A stretch of DNA of 64,000 bases, taken from the NCBI GenBank assembly GCA_045540335.1, contig JAZQHC010000045.1:85108-149107 (forward strand), in the 5' to 3' direction. Positions 10,801 to 20,207 of this stretch are shown here, piece after piece. This DNA is from Eubacteriales bacterium (lineage in GTDB: Bacteria > Bacillota > Clostridia > Oscillospirales > CAG-272). The position numbers and the translations under genes are program-made. A model generated the notes under the pieces. That model saw only the letters and a list, made by a program, of their open reading frames with translations, was not told the origin of the DNA and did no database searches. Each line of letters begins with the position of its first letter. The stretch's first letter is position 1.

Positions 10801-10922
10801 AAATTATCCCCGCCTTCCCTGATATCTATACTTTTTTCAAAAATCTTGTTTTCTGTCCAAAATTTTTCCGTTGCCCTTTCGCGCGACTGAAAATCGAGAT
10901 TTGAAGGTACTTTGTTATACAT
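7809..10922 (-). CDS. ileS: Isoleucine--tRNA ligase, long 1037-aa type
   Basis: HIGH motif (PPTANGKPHIGHV), KMSKSKGN, a CP1 editing domain and a zinc-binding C-terminus are all present. Confidence 0.9.
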   Translation of the reverse strand: MYNKVPSNLDFQSRERATEKFWTENKIFEKSIDIREGGDNFTFYDGPPTANGKPHIGHVLTRVIKDMIPRYRTMKGYHVLRKAGWDTHGLPVELEVEKLLGLDGKEQVEQYGLEPFITKCKESVWKYKGMWEDFSGTVGYWADMNDPYVTYTNDYIESVWWSLKKIYNDGLLYKGFKIVPYCPRCGTPLSSHEVAQGYKDVKEKSAIAKFRLKGEENVYYLAWTTTPWTLPSNVALCVNAKEDYVKVSANGEYYILAQALAEKVVGECEIIESYKGADLEGREYVPLFDFVQPEEKAFYITCAEYVTLTDGTGIVHIAPAFGEDDAQVGRKYGLPFVQLVDAKGCMTKETPWAGTFCKEADKDVLYDLKVRGLLFKTLPFEHSYPFCWRCDTPLIYYARNTWFIRMTDVKDKLLKNNDTINWIPETIGTGRFGEWLKNVQDWGISRDRYWGTPLNIWECSCGHRHSIGSIAELKEMSDNCPDNIELHRPYIDDVTIKCPECGGEMHRVKEVIDCWYDSGAMPFAQWHYPFENADLFEQNYPADFISEAVDQTRGWFYSLLAISTLIFDKAPYKNVIVLGHVQDENGQKMSKSKGNAVDPFDALEKHGADAIRWYFYSNSAPWLPNRFHSAAVTEGQRKFMGTLWNTYAFFVLYANIDNFNASDYTLDKSKLSVMDRWILSKLNSLIKTVDGYLFDYKITETARAMEKFVDELSNWYVRRCRERFWAKDLTDDKIAAYMTLYTCLVTFVKLSAPLIPFMTEDIYRNLVALNDKNAPESVHLCDYPVADESLIDKDLEKEMDEAADIVALGRACRNAAVIKNRQPLAEMFVNAPNKLNEYYIDIIKDELNVKNASFVDDMGAFITFTFKPQLKTLGRKLGKLINECKEALANIDGNAAMAELDSTGKLKLTLSGEVYELEKEDLLIDAGKVSGFESVADKGITVVLNTVLTDELIEEGFVREIISKIQTMRKDAGFEVMDKITVNASGSDKVIDVIKRNCDKISGDTLTEQVIYSEGGEYTANWNINGEDAVFGVTKRV

Positions 10923-11032
10923 AATATCTTTTCTCCGTATTAAACCGCATGGCGGCTTTATTATAATTATATCTATGACATTTTATCACGAATATGAAAA
11001 AAATGCAATAGATTTATCGAAAAAAGTATGCT

Positions 11033-12586
11033 TCAAGTGCCTTTTCTGAAAGAAAAAATGCCGGAAAACCATTTTTTGTCATCGTCTGTTATACAATTGG
11101 TCAATCTTAAGAAAACATAGTATATTATAACGCATACTACCACACTTACCAACACCCCTACAATGTCGAATGCGTAGTAAATATGAAGAAACGAAAAAAG
11201 AAGATTACACGCACAGGTAGAGGCAATTATGCTTATTATCGGTGCAATAATGTCGTAAAATAATTTTACTTTAAAATCGGAAATTTTTAACATTTTCTGC
11301 AATGATAAAGCGGCGTTAAGCAGTTCGCATATATAAACAACAGCAACGTATCCCTTTATTCCTAACGGCGGCAAAAGAAAATAAACCAATAAAACCGAAA
11401 CGAATGCATCGATAATATTATACCGCATCGAAGAAACTTGTTCGCCCATTCCTTTTAAAATTGCATCTGTGGAATTATCAAGATACATTATCGGTATCAA
11501 GGCGGCAAATATTTTAATATATTTCCCTGCTTCCTTGCTATCGTAAAGAAGCATAGCAAGTGTGTCGGAATAAAATATAAATATTCCGGCTACGGCAACG
11601 GAAAAAATTATGGTAAGCTTGAATATTCTTCCTATTACGTAATCAATATGTTTTTGTTCACCGGTTTCTTTATACCTGGTTATTTCGGGAATTACAAGCG
11701 AAGAAAAGGCAGAAAGAAAAGCTATGGGAAAAAATATCACCGGGAAAACCATACCCGAAATAACACCATACGAAGATAATGCTTCTTCTGTTTCTGCACC
11801 GCCTTTTATAAGTCCTCGTGGAATAAGCAGGTTTTCTATCGTAACCAATGCAGACCTTATATATGCCGAAAAAGCAACTGGCAAGGACATTTTTAAAAGC
11901 CGCATTGTTATGTTTGATGAAGGCTTTGACGTTAATTTTTTCATATGTCGCCCCATATCGTAAACGTACAAAGCAAACGAAACGATAAAAGCTAAAATTT
12001 CTGATAGACACATACCGATAACTATTGCAACGGTTGCCTGCTCAATATCATTTGCTGTTATTGTAACCAACAGTATTACAGTAAGAAAAATACGTATAAA
12101 CTGTTCTAAAATGTTTGTTATTGCGTTTTTAATAACACGTCTGACAGCGCAAAAATATCCGTTTAAAGCGGAAGAAAGTGATAGAAAAGGAAGTGAAACG
12201 CCAAGAATTTTTAAAGATTTTACAGTTCTTATGTCGCACAACCATTTTAATGCTATAAATTCAGCGCCGAAAAACAAAAGAAGAAATGATAAAAATCCAA
12301 AAAAAATGCTGTACAGAATACATTTTTTCATAGCGATCTTTACACCTTCGCCAGAACCACGTACAAGCTCTTGTGAAACTAATCGCGTACACGCAAGATA
12401 TATGCCTGATGTTGCAAAGGTAGTGCCAAAAGTATATACTGAAAGAATAAGCGAAAAAAGCCCCATTCCTGCAGAGCCGATTTTGTTGGTTATATATACG
12501 TTAAATACAACGGAAACAAATCGCATAAATACCGATGTTAACGTTAAAACTATTCCGTTTATAAAAAATTTCTTAACTACTTTCAA
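11033..12586 (-). CDS. spoVB: MOP-superfamily polysaccharide/lipid-II flippase, SpoVB-like (stage V sporulation protein B family)
   Basis: The 517-aa product has about 14 predicted transmembrane segments. Size and hydrophobic pattern fit SpoVB/MurJ/Wzx. Confidence 0.55.
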   Translation of the reverse strand: MKVVKKFFINGIVLTLTSVFMRFVSVVFNVYITNKIGSAGMGLFSLILSVYTFGTTFATSGIYLACTRLVSQELVRGSGEGVKIAMKKCILYSIFFGFLSFLLLFFGAEFIALKWLCDIRTVKSLKILGVSLPFLSLSSALNGYFCAVRRVIKNAITNILEQFIRIFLTVILLVTITANDIEQATVAIVIGMCLSEILAFIVSFALYVYDMGRHMKKLTSKPSSNITMRLLKMSLPVAFSAYIRSALVTIENLLIPRGLIKGGAETEEALSSYGVISGMVFPVIFFPIAFLSAFSSLVIPEITRYKETGEQKHIDYVIGRIFKLTIIFSVAVAGIFIFYSDTLAMLLYDSKEAGKYIKIFAALIPIMYLDNSTDAILKGMGEQVSSMRYNIIDAFVSVLLVYFLLPPLGIKGYVAVVYICELLNAALSLQKMLKISDFKVKLFYDIIAPIISIIASTCACNLLFSFLHIYYAFDIVGVLVSVVVCVIIYYVFLRLTNCITDDDKKWFSGIFSFRKGT

Positions 12587-12667
12587 AATTAAACCGCCTT
12601 ACAATATTTAACGGTTTAATATATGAATTTTACTGTGTAAATATGTTTTTTCTTATGTGGATAAACA

Positions 12668-12718
12668 ATAAAAAACGGCCCGTTTTGCATAGCAAAGAGG
12701 ACCGTTTTCTTTGTTTTA
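12668..12718 (-). terminator. Intrinsic terminator downstream of hit, bidirectional in form (A-run, hairpin, T-run)
   Basis: The hairpin is aaaaaaCGGCCCGttttgcatagcaaagagGACCGTtttctttgtttt. The GC-rich stem is flanked by A6 on the plus strand and a T-run. Confidence 0.6.
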
Positions 12719-12725
12719 AATTAAA

Positions 12726-13067
12726 TTATGCCATTTCTCCTGCGAGTTGTCTGCCGCCCAAAATATGAAAATGAAGGTGTTTTACAGATTGGCACGCATC
12801 ATCACCGCAGTTGGAAACAATACGATAGCCGTTAGAAAGACCAACGTTTTTTGCAATTTCGGGAATTACCTGAAATATTTTAGCAACGTAAATGCTATTT
12901 TCAGAATTAACTTCGTCAGCTGATGAAATATGTTTTTTGGGGATTACCAGAATGTGTACGGGTGCCTGCGGATTGATGTCTTTAAAAGCATAGCAAAACT
13001 CGTCTTCATATACCTTTGCAGATGGAATATCGCCTGCAATTATTTTACAAAACAAGCAGTCAGTCAT
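12726..13067 (-). CDS. hit: HIT-family (histidine triad) nucleotide hydrolase
   Basis: The 113-aa product carries the HLHFHILGG histidine triad. Confidence 0.85.
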   Translation of the reverse strand: MTDCLFCKIIAGDIPSAKVYEDEFCYAFKDINPQAPVHILVIPKKHISSADEVNSENSIYVAKIFQVIPEIAKNVGLSNGYRIVSNCGDDACQSVKHLHFHILGGRQLAGEMA

Positions 13068-13540
13068 TATTCTTTATTTCCTTTCAAACTGTCGCGAATT
13101 TCACGCAGAAGAAGGATGTCTTCGGGTGTGGGTGCAGGTTCCGCAGCTGCTTCTTCTGCTTTTATTTCTTCTTCTTCTTCCTTCTTTAATGCTTCAAGCT
13201 TAGCTCTTGATTTAATGATTACCCTTATTACAAGGAATACGCAAAGCGCCATTAAGAGAAAATCTATAACAAGCTGGATAAAGTTGCCGTAATTGATGGA
13301 TATTGCAGCTTGTGCAACTTCGCCTGCTTCGTTGAGAACTTCTTCTTTTAACACGTACTTCAAATCTGTAAAATTAACTTCGCCGAGAAGAACGCTGATG
13401 GGGGGCATGATAATGTCGTTAACCAACGAAGAAACTATTTTTGAAAATGCGCCGCCTACGATAACACCGGTTGCCATGTCAATAATATTACCTTTGGAGA
13501 TAAATTCTTTAAAGTCTTTGAAAAAAGTACCTTTTGCCAT
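13067..13540 (-). CDS. mscL: Large-conductance mechanosensitive channel
   Basis: It has the conserved MscL N-terminus FKEFISKGNIIDMATGVIVGGAFSKIV, two transmembrane segments and a charged C-terminal helix. Confidence 0.85.
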   Translation of the reverse strand: MAKGTFFKDFKEFISKGNIIDMATGVIVGGAFSKIVSSLVNDIIMPPISVLLGEVNFTDLKYVLKEEVLNEAGEVAQAAISINYGNFIQLVIDFLLMALCVFLVIRVIIKSRAKLEALKKEEEEEIKAEEAAAEPAPTPEDILLLREIRDSLKGNKE

Positions 13541-13541
13541 T

Positions 13542-16178
13542 TTATTTACCTGCCTTTTCTAAAATATTATACACTTCATTAAGTGCTTCATCAATTTTTT
13601 CGGCAATCTTTATACCCGAAGTTGCATTATCGGGTCTTCCGCCGCCACCGCCGCCTGCGATCTTACTGATTTCCTTCAAAATATTTCCTGCGTGTGCGCC
13701 CGATTTAACGGCTTCAGCGCCGGCACAGGCTACAAGATTCAACTTATCTGCATTGTTAGTTGCAATAACAGCAACAACGGAAGGATCTTGTGATTTGATT
13801 TTGTCGCAAAGCGCCCTTGCAGCATCAACGGAAACGCCTTCCGTTTTTCCGGTAATAACTGTAAATACACCAATGGACTTTTTGTTTTTGAAAATACTAT
13901 CAGCTTGAGATGCGGCAATTTTGTTATTCAAACGCTCTATCTCGTGCTTTTCTTCCTTCAATTCCGCTTGGAGTTGTGCGGCCTTTTTGTCTATTTCTGT
14001 AAGGTTGGAAGCCTTTAATTCCCTTGCACAGTTTGCTATAAGGGTTTGTTTTTCTTCGAGAAGCTTCAAAACGTTTTTGCCGGTCGTTCCTTCTATTCTG
14101 CGTACACCGGAAGCAACGGAAGATTCGGAAATGATCTTAAAAAGACCTGCCTTTGCAGTATTGTCAAGATGCGTACCGCCGCACAATTCAGTGGAATAAT
14201 CGCCCATTTTAACAACTCTTACAACGTCACCGTACTTTTCGCCAAACAAAGCCATTGCACCCATTCCGCGTGCGGTTTCAACGTCTGTTTCAAGCGTAAC
14301 GATAGGCGTCCCTGAAAGAACCGCTTCGTTTACAAGGTCTTCAACCTTTTGGATTTCCTCAGAAGTCATAGCTGTGTAATGCGAAAAGTCAAATCTTACC
14401 CTTTCGCTATCAACGTACGAGCCTGCCTGTTCAACGTGTGTACCGAGAACAGCACGCAAAGCGCCTTGCAACAAATGTGCTGCAGAGTGATTTCTGCGTA
14501 TTGCATCGCGTCTTTCGGCGTCAACTATGGCAGTTGCGGCATCTGCTGTGGATACCGTACCTTCAACGTAGCATCTATGCATAAATATGCCGTTTGCTTT
14601 TTTCGTATCTTTAACCGCAATTACGGCATTTGCTGTTTTAATTACGCCTGTGTCGCCTACCTGACCGCCGCCTTCGCCGTAAAAAGGTGTTTTATCAAGA
14701 ATAATTACAGCGTCGCTGTCAGCTACGGAATCCAAAGATTCGTTATCGGCAGATACTATTGCTTTGATCGTACAATCGCTTTGGCATGTTTCATATCCAA
14801 CGAATTCGGTAGGCTGTGATCTGTCAAGAAAATCAAACGTTTCATCACTCCAACTGAAGTCGCCAAGCTCTGCCCTTGCGCGCCTTGCACGTTCTTTTTG
14901 TTCATTCATAAGGGCGGTGAACCCTTCTTCATCAATGCCGATACCCTTTTCTGTCGCAATTTCCCTTGTAAGATCAAGCGGGAAACCGTACGTGTCGTTA
15001 AGCTTGAAAACATCTTCCGCCGAAAGCTGTTTTTTGTCTTCCCTTACGGCTTTTTCAATCATGCCGGAAAGCATGTCCATACCGCTGTCTATGGTTTTGG
15101 AAAATTTCTCTTCTTCTATGGAAACTATCTTCTTTATATAATCTAACTTTTCAGTAAGTTCAGGATATTCTGAAAGATTTTCTTTAGCAACCACGGGAAC
15201 AATGTCGGCAAGGAAAGTTTCTTTTATACCCAGTAATTTTCCATGGCGTGCCGCACGGCGAAGCAATCTGCGAAGTACGTATCCCCTGCCCTCGTTAGAG
15301 GGTACTACACCGTCGCAAATTAAGAAGCAAGTGCTTCTGATGTGGTCTGTGATAACGCGCAAGGAAACGTCGCTTTCGGGATCAGCACCGTATGTGATTC
15401 CGGCCTTGGATATAATTGCTTTCATAATGTTTTGCACTGTATCAACTTCGAAAAGGTTGTTAACACCTTGCATGATACAAGCGATTCTTTCAAGGCCCAT
15501 ACCCGTATCTATATTGGGCTTTGCAAGAGGTGTATAATTACCGGCACCGTCGCTTTCAAATTGGGTAAACACCAAGTTCCAAAACTCAACAAATCTGTCG
15601 CAATCGCATCCAACTGCACAATCGGGTGAACCGCAACCATGCTCTATACCTCTGTCGAAGTACAATTCAGAACATGGGCCGCAAGGACCGGAACCGATTT
15701 CCCAGAAGTTGTCCTCTTTGCCGAGACGAACCATATGAGAAGGGTCAACACCAACTTCCTTTGTCCATATATCGAACGCTTCGTCATCGTTTTCGTAAAT
15801 ACTTACGTAAAGTCTGTCAACCGGCAATTCGAGAACTTGCGTGCAGAATTCCCATGCCCAAGCGGTAGCCTCGTGCTTGAAGTAATCGCCAAATGAGAAG
15901 TTTCCGAGCATCTCGAAATAAGTTCCGTGGCGTGCAGTTTTACCGACTCTTTCAATATCGGGCGTTCTTATACACTTTTGGCAAGTAGTCATTCTGTGAC
16001 GTGGCGGTTCTTTCTCGCCTGTGAAGAATTTTTTCAAAGGTGCCATTCCGGCGTTGATAAGTAAAAGTGATTTGTCGTCCTGTGGGACAAGGGGAAAACT
16101 TTTGTGACGAAGATGCCCCTTTGATTCGTAAAATTTCAAATACTTTTCTCTTATATCGTTAAGAGATAACCATTCCAT
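13542..16178 (-). CDS. alaS: Alanine--tRNA ligase
   Basis: The 878-aa product has the AlaRS catalytic core, an editing domain with HSAAHLL, and a C-terminal DHHA1-type domain with a GGGG motif. Confidence 0.9.
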   Translation of the reverse strand: MEWLSLNDIREKYLKFYESKGHLRHKSFPLVPQDDKSLLLINAGMAPLKKFFTGEKEPPRHRMTTCQKCIRTPDIERVGKTARHGTYFEMLGNFSFGDYFKHEATAWAWEFCTQVLELPVDRLYVSIYENDDEAFDIWTKEVGVDPSHMVRLGKEDNFWEIGSGPCGPCSELYFDRGIEHGCGSPDCAVGCDCDRFVEFWNLVFTQFESDGAGNYTPLAKPNIDTGMGLERIACIMQGVNNLFEVDTVQNIMKAIISKAGITYGADPESDVSLRVITDHIRSTCFLICDGVVPSNEGRGYVLRRLLRRAARHGKLLGIKETFLADIVPVVAKENLSEYPELTEKLDYIKKIVSIEEEKFSKTIDSGMDMLSGMIEKAVREDKKQLSAEDVFKLNDTYGFPLDLTREIATEKGIGIDEEGFTALMNEQKERARRARAELGDFSWSDETFDFLDRSQPTEFVGYETCQSDCTIKAIVSADNESLDSVADSDAVIILDKTPFYGEGGGQVGDTGVIKTANAVIAVKDTKKANGIFMHRCYVEGTVSTADAATAIVDAERRDAIRRNHSAAHLLQGALRAVLGTHVEQAGSYVDSERVRFDFSHYTAMTSEEIQKVEDLVNEAVLSGTPIVTLETDVETARGMGAMALFGEKYGDVVRVVKMGDYSTELCGGTHLDNTAKAGLFKIISESSVASGVRRIEGTTGKNVLKLLEEKQTLIANCARELKASNLTEIDKKAAQLQAELKEEKHEIERLNNKIAASQADSIFKNKKSIGVFTVITGKTEGVSVDAARALCDKIKSQDPSVVAVIATNNADKLNLVACAGAEAVKSGAHAGNILKEISKIAGGGGGGRPDNATSGIKIAEKIDEALNEVYNILEKAGK

Positions 16179-16392
16179 AAAAAAGTACCATTCCTTTCAC
16201 CCGAAAAAGAGGGTGTTTATTGATATATTACATGATATTATATCAAGCAATTCTCAAAAAATCAATATATTATTGTAAAAAACAGCGAATTTTTCTTAAA
16301 ATATCGCGCTTTTTTAATTTTATGTACGGAATATATTGAAATAAAACTTATTTTGTGATAGTATAAAATAAAAACGTTCTGTTGGAGAAACT

Positions 16393-17667
16393 ATGAAAAA
16401 CAATATATTCTTCCCTGCGGACATATTATTGCCCGACTGTAAAAAAGTAGATTATGAGAAATTTTCCGTTATAGCGTGCGATCAGTACACATCAGAGCCG
16501 GAATATTGGGAAAACGTCAAGAAGAGTGCCGACGAAAAATATTCCGCATATAATATAATTCTTCCCGAGGTATATCTTTCATCAGACGTAGATGCTTACA
16601 CGAAAAAGATAACGGCAAATATGCAGGATTATCTGAAAAACCTTTTCTTTACATACGGCAACCATATGATTTATGTTGAAAGAACGCTTCCGTCAAACGG
16701 AAAAGTAAGACGTGGCGTTGTCGGAATGATAGACCTTGAAGCGTATGATTACAACAAGGGTTCCACCTCTGCTATAAGAGCAACCGAAGGAACTGTACTT
16801 GAACGCATTCCGCCAAGAGTAAAGATCCGCCAAGATGCGGCGCTTGAATCCCCTCATGTTATGCTTTTCTGCGATGATCCGGAAAAGACTGTTATAGAGC
16901 CTATTGCAGACAAAAAGGATACACTTGAAAAAGCCTATGATTTTGATCTTATGTGTGGCGGCGGAAACATCAAAGGATATTTCTTATCAAGTAAAGAAAT
17001 GAAGCGTATCGACGATGCTATATGCAATCTTGCAGATATTGACAAATTTAACGCAAAATACGGAACAAAAGAAAAAAATGCTCTAGTGTTTGCTGTCGGT
17101 GACGGAAATCACTCTTTGGCAACCGCAAAGGCTTGTTATGAAAATCTGAAAAGAAAGATAGGTGACGAAGCCAAGAATTCTCTTGCACGTTACGCTTTGG
17201 TTGAGCTTGTTAACATTCACGATGAATCCATTGAATTTGAGCCGATATACAGAATAATTATGAATGTTGAGCCAATCAAGGTTATAAACGAGCTTGAAAA
17301 ATTCTGCGATATCACGTTTGAAAAGCCTGATTGCAAATACTATAAATATGATTTTTATACAGAAGAAGAGTCGGGTGAAATTTACATCAAAAATCCCTCA
17401 AGCGCATTACCTGTCGGCGAGCTTCAGAACTTCTTGTTTGAGTTTGCAAAGAAATACCCTGAATGTGAGATCGACTATATTCACGGAATCGAAAACCTTA
17501 AAGCTCTTTCAAAGGAAGAATACTGCATAGGATTTATATTCGATGGAATGAGAAAGGACGAGCTTTTCTCATCCGTCATTAAAGACGGCGCTTTGCCCAG
17601 AAAGACATTCTCAATGGGACACGCTGACGATAAAAGATTTTATCTTGAATGCAGAAAGATAGTTTAA
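16393..17667 (+). CDS. Conserved hypothetical protein of about 420 aa. It may belong to the DUF1015 family; this is from memory only.
   Basis: It is a long ORF with a good RBS context, diverging from alaS. The only support for the family call is the motif AVGDGNHSLATAK. Confidence 0.35.
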   Translation: MKNNIFFPADILLPDCKKVDYEKFSVIACDQYTSEPEYWENVKKSADEKYSAYNIILPEVYLSSDVDAYTKKITANMQDYLKNLFFTYGNHMIYVERTLPSNGKVRRGVVGMIDLEAYDYNKGSTSAIRATEGTVLERIPPRVKIRQDAALESPHVMLFCDDPEKTVIEPIADKKDTLEKAYDFDLMCGGGNIKGYFLSSKEMKRIDDAICNLADIDKFNAKYGTKEKNALVFAVGDGNHSLATAKACYENLKRKIGDEAKNSLARYALVELVNIHDESIEFEPIYRIIMNVEPIKVINELEKFCDITFEKPDCKYYKYDFYTEEESGEIYIKNPSSALPVGELQNFLFEFAKKYPECEIDYIHGIENLKALSKEEYCIGFIFDGMRKDELFSSVIKDGALPRKTFSMGHADDKRFYLECRKIV

Positions 17668-18402
17668 TTAACCGCCCCTGTATTTTTCTAACCATTGCGA
17701 TGTTTTTTCGTCTATCACGTTTATATTTGTAAATGTGTTCGGAACTTTACCTATTATTACGCTTTCGCATAACAATATTTCGTCAGAACAGCTTGCACGT
17801 ATAGTTTGATTGCCTATTTTGGCGTCTATACTGGCAGTGAACGTTACGTAAGAGGACAGATGTGTTTGATTAACGCCGCTGTCCTCTATTTTATTAACTA
17901 TTTCATTTTGCACTGACGAAACACTTAACATTTTTACTTTTAGTTTATAACCTCTTCCGTTCAGTAAAACACCACCGAAAAGACTTCCCAATGGAACTTC
18001 AATCGCTGTATCCATATCTTCAACCGCCGAAATTACAGCTTTTGCAACGGAAGATTTGATTTCGTTTACCTTTGCGGCATTTACAAATATACTTTCTGTG
18101 CTTCCGTTATCAGCCTTGTTAATTTTATATAAGCTTTCAAAGTCAACGTTTTCACTTTCTAAAAATTCCACAACACTTGAATTTATACATTCAAAAAGCT
18201 CGCCCTCTAATGCTGTTACAGAGAGCTGTGAAACTGATGTTATAATACTGTTTGTAAATACGCAGCTTAAAATAACAAGAAAAACTAAAGAAATTGACAG
18301 TACAATTTTTGGTTTAAATATGATAATCTTGCGCTTGATACGCCATTTAAATTTATAAAAATATCCCCTCGTAGCAATCACCTCGTAAAAGGCTATGCAC
18401 AA
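17668..18402 (-). CDS. yunB: Sporulation protein YunB
   Basis: It has an N-terminal transmembrane segment, then IEVPLGSLFGGVLLNG and IIGKVPNTF, which match the B. subtilis YunB blocks IEVPLGQATGNALLANLGP and IQGKVPQFY. Confidence 0.7.
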   Translation of the reverse strand: MCIAFYEVIATRGYFYKFKWRIKRKIIIFKPKIVLSISLVFLVILSCVFTNSIITSVSQLSVTALEGELFECINSSVVEFLESENVDFESLYKINKADNGSTESIFVNAAKVNEIKSSVAKAVISAVEDMDTAIEVPLGSLFGGVLLNGRGYKLKVKMLSVSSVQNEIVNKIEDSGVNQTHLSSYVTFTASIDAKIGNQTIRASCSDEILLCESVIIGKVPNTFTNINVIDEKTSQWLEKYRGG

Positions 18403-18420
18403 GGGGAAATATTTATTCTG

Positions 18421-20133
18421 TTATTTTGTTGCGCTTGCGGAAATTGCGGTAAGGTCTTCTAAATCTATCACGCCGTCGTTGTTAAAATCTGCCGCAAGCT
18501 CGTATTTAAGCGTATCGCCTGAAAGATACTTTTTGATTTGAATAATATCCTTTGAATTTGCGCGCCCGTCACTGTTTGTATCACCCAAAACGATTATCGT
18601 GTATGATGTGTTACACGAAGCAGATGTATTAACCTGTATGGTATCGCCTGTGCATATCAAAGATCCGTTAGGTAATGTTAACCCATGCTTATCTTTGATT
18701 ACCATATTCATATCGGAACAGCTTTTTATGGTTTCAACCGTTGTTCCGACGGATATACCTAAGATATAGCCGTTTTCTTCATAAACAGTTGAATCGGTAA
18801 AATGGATTTCCGTTTCGGGTATTACGAAAGAAAGAAATTCGCCGTTTTCTTCCTTATTTGGTGAATTAAGCAACTCGTAGTAAATCGTGTTGCCGTTCAT
18901 CATTATACCGTAAATATTGTAAAATTCTTCTTTTTCGGGGGTATAAACGGTTGTACTGTTAGTGCCGTCAAAACTGCACGAGCGTATTTCATCGGCCGTA
19001 ACGTAAAGAAGCTTATCTTCAAACAACTGCAAACCGGGTGCCGGTTGCCAGCAGCTTGTCGCTGATGCAAACCAAATCGACGATACGTTTAAAATCGAAT
19101 CGTAAGACAAATCCTCTTCTTTTGCAAAAATGTTGTCTGTTGCGCAAATATCGTATCCTTCAACAATGTTGGAACGAACCTTTGTAAAATACCAGCGGCC
19201 GTTTACCCATACAAAATTGCCCTTATATACGTTTTTATTGTGCAAGCACAATTCTTCGTATTCCGTACCTATAATGTAATCTGTAGTGGTAGAATTGATT
19301 GTCGTTATGGGATCGTATTCGCTATGCTCTGCTTCAATGATTCCTTCTGCGCTTCTTAAAAAGTTATTATAATAGAACCTGCCGCAGATATCGTACTGAA
19401 TATCGTCCCACGTAACGTCAACGTGGTACCATTTGTTGTTTAATCGAATCAAGCTCCAACCGTGATTCATGGAGGTGCTCATTACAAAATCGCATACAAC
19501 GCCCATTCGGCGCATTATATGGTTGAAAGTAAGCGCATATCCTTGGCAAACCGCATCGCCTTCGCCCAAAACACCGTATATGGTGTAGATTGAATCTCTA
19601 TCAGTGGGGGTATTTGTAAGTATAGCCTCGGTATAGCGTGTGTTTGATGCGATGTAATTGTGAACGTAAAGCGCTTTATCCTCATCGGTAGGAAGCATGC
19701 CGGCTTCGGCTATTACCGCGTCAACCTTTTGGTTGACCTGCTTGATCATATCTGGTACTGCTTCAATATCATAAAGCGAGGTGAAGCATACAACGCTTAT
19801 AATACCGCTTGAAGAAACACTATAACTCATACTGCCTGCAATGAAGAATAATTCCGTTCTTTGTCTTAACAGCGAGTTTAAAAAAACGCTTGCTTGTGTG
19901 CTTTGCACCGAAAAAGATTTTATATCAATTGATATAGTACTGCTGTCTGTTTCGGCATCGTATTCGTATAACGACAAATCGCACGCGCATTCAGAAATAT
20001 ATTCCGCAACATCTGCGTATATGTAATCTTCGTTATATACTGCCGTATGCCCTTCTTTTGCATCGGCACCGAAAGGAAAACAAAAAGCAATCAAAAGAGC
20101 GCTGACCAAAATAATTGAAAATAATCTTCGCAT
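18421..20133 (-). CDS. Secreted transglutaminase-like cysteine protease-fold protein with a C-terminal type-I dockerin
   Basis: There is a signal peptide. The Cys-His-Asp core is CQGYALTF...NHGWSLIRL...HVDVTWDD. The C-terminus has the dockerin double repeat GDTNSDGRANSKDIIQIKKYL...ADFNNDGVIDLEDL. Confidence 0.6.
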   Translation of the reverse strand: MRRLFSIILVSALLIAFCFPFGADAKEGHTAVYNEDYIYADVAEYISECACDLSLYEYDAETDSSTISIDIKSFSVQSTQASVFLNSLLRQRTELFFIAGSMSYSVSSSGIISVVCFTSLYDIEAVPDMIKQVNQKVDAVIAEAGMLPTDEDKALYVHNYIASNTRYTEAILTNTPTDRDSIYTIYGVLGEGDAVCQGYALTFNHIMRRMGVVCDFVMSTSMNHGWSLIRLNNKWYHVDVTWDDIQYDICGRFYYNNFLRSAEGIIEAEHSEYDPITTINSTTTDYIIGTEYEELCLHNKNVYKGNFVWVNGRWYFTKVRSNIVEGYDICATDNIFAKEEDLSYDSILNVSSIWFASATSCWQPAPGLQLFEDKLLYVTADEIRSCSFDGTNSTTVYTPEKEEFYNIYGIMMNGNTIYYELLNSPNKEENGEFLSFVIPETEIHFTDSTVYEENGYILGISVGTTVETIKSCSDMNMVIKDKHGLTLPNGSLICTGDTIQVNTSASCNTSYTIIVLGDTNSDGRANSKDIIQIKKYLSGDTLKYELAADFNNDGVIDLEDLTAISASATK

Positions 20134-20207
20134 ATTGTCAAAACCTCTTAGTTTAAATTTTCAGCGCGCTGTTATATGGTAATAAAAGCGCGCTGTTATG
20201 TATATCT

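Noticed and set aside
10923-11032. Possible T-box leader upstream of ileS, and similarly upstream of alaS at 16179-16392
   Set aside because: The leaders are too short (about 110 nt and less than 40 nt to the divergent promoter). No specifier-loop, T-box or antiterminator structure was found. There is only a small CCGC/GCGG hairpin that looks like the spoVB-like gene's terminator.
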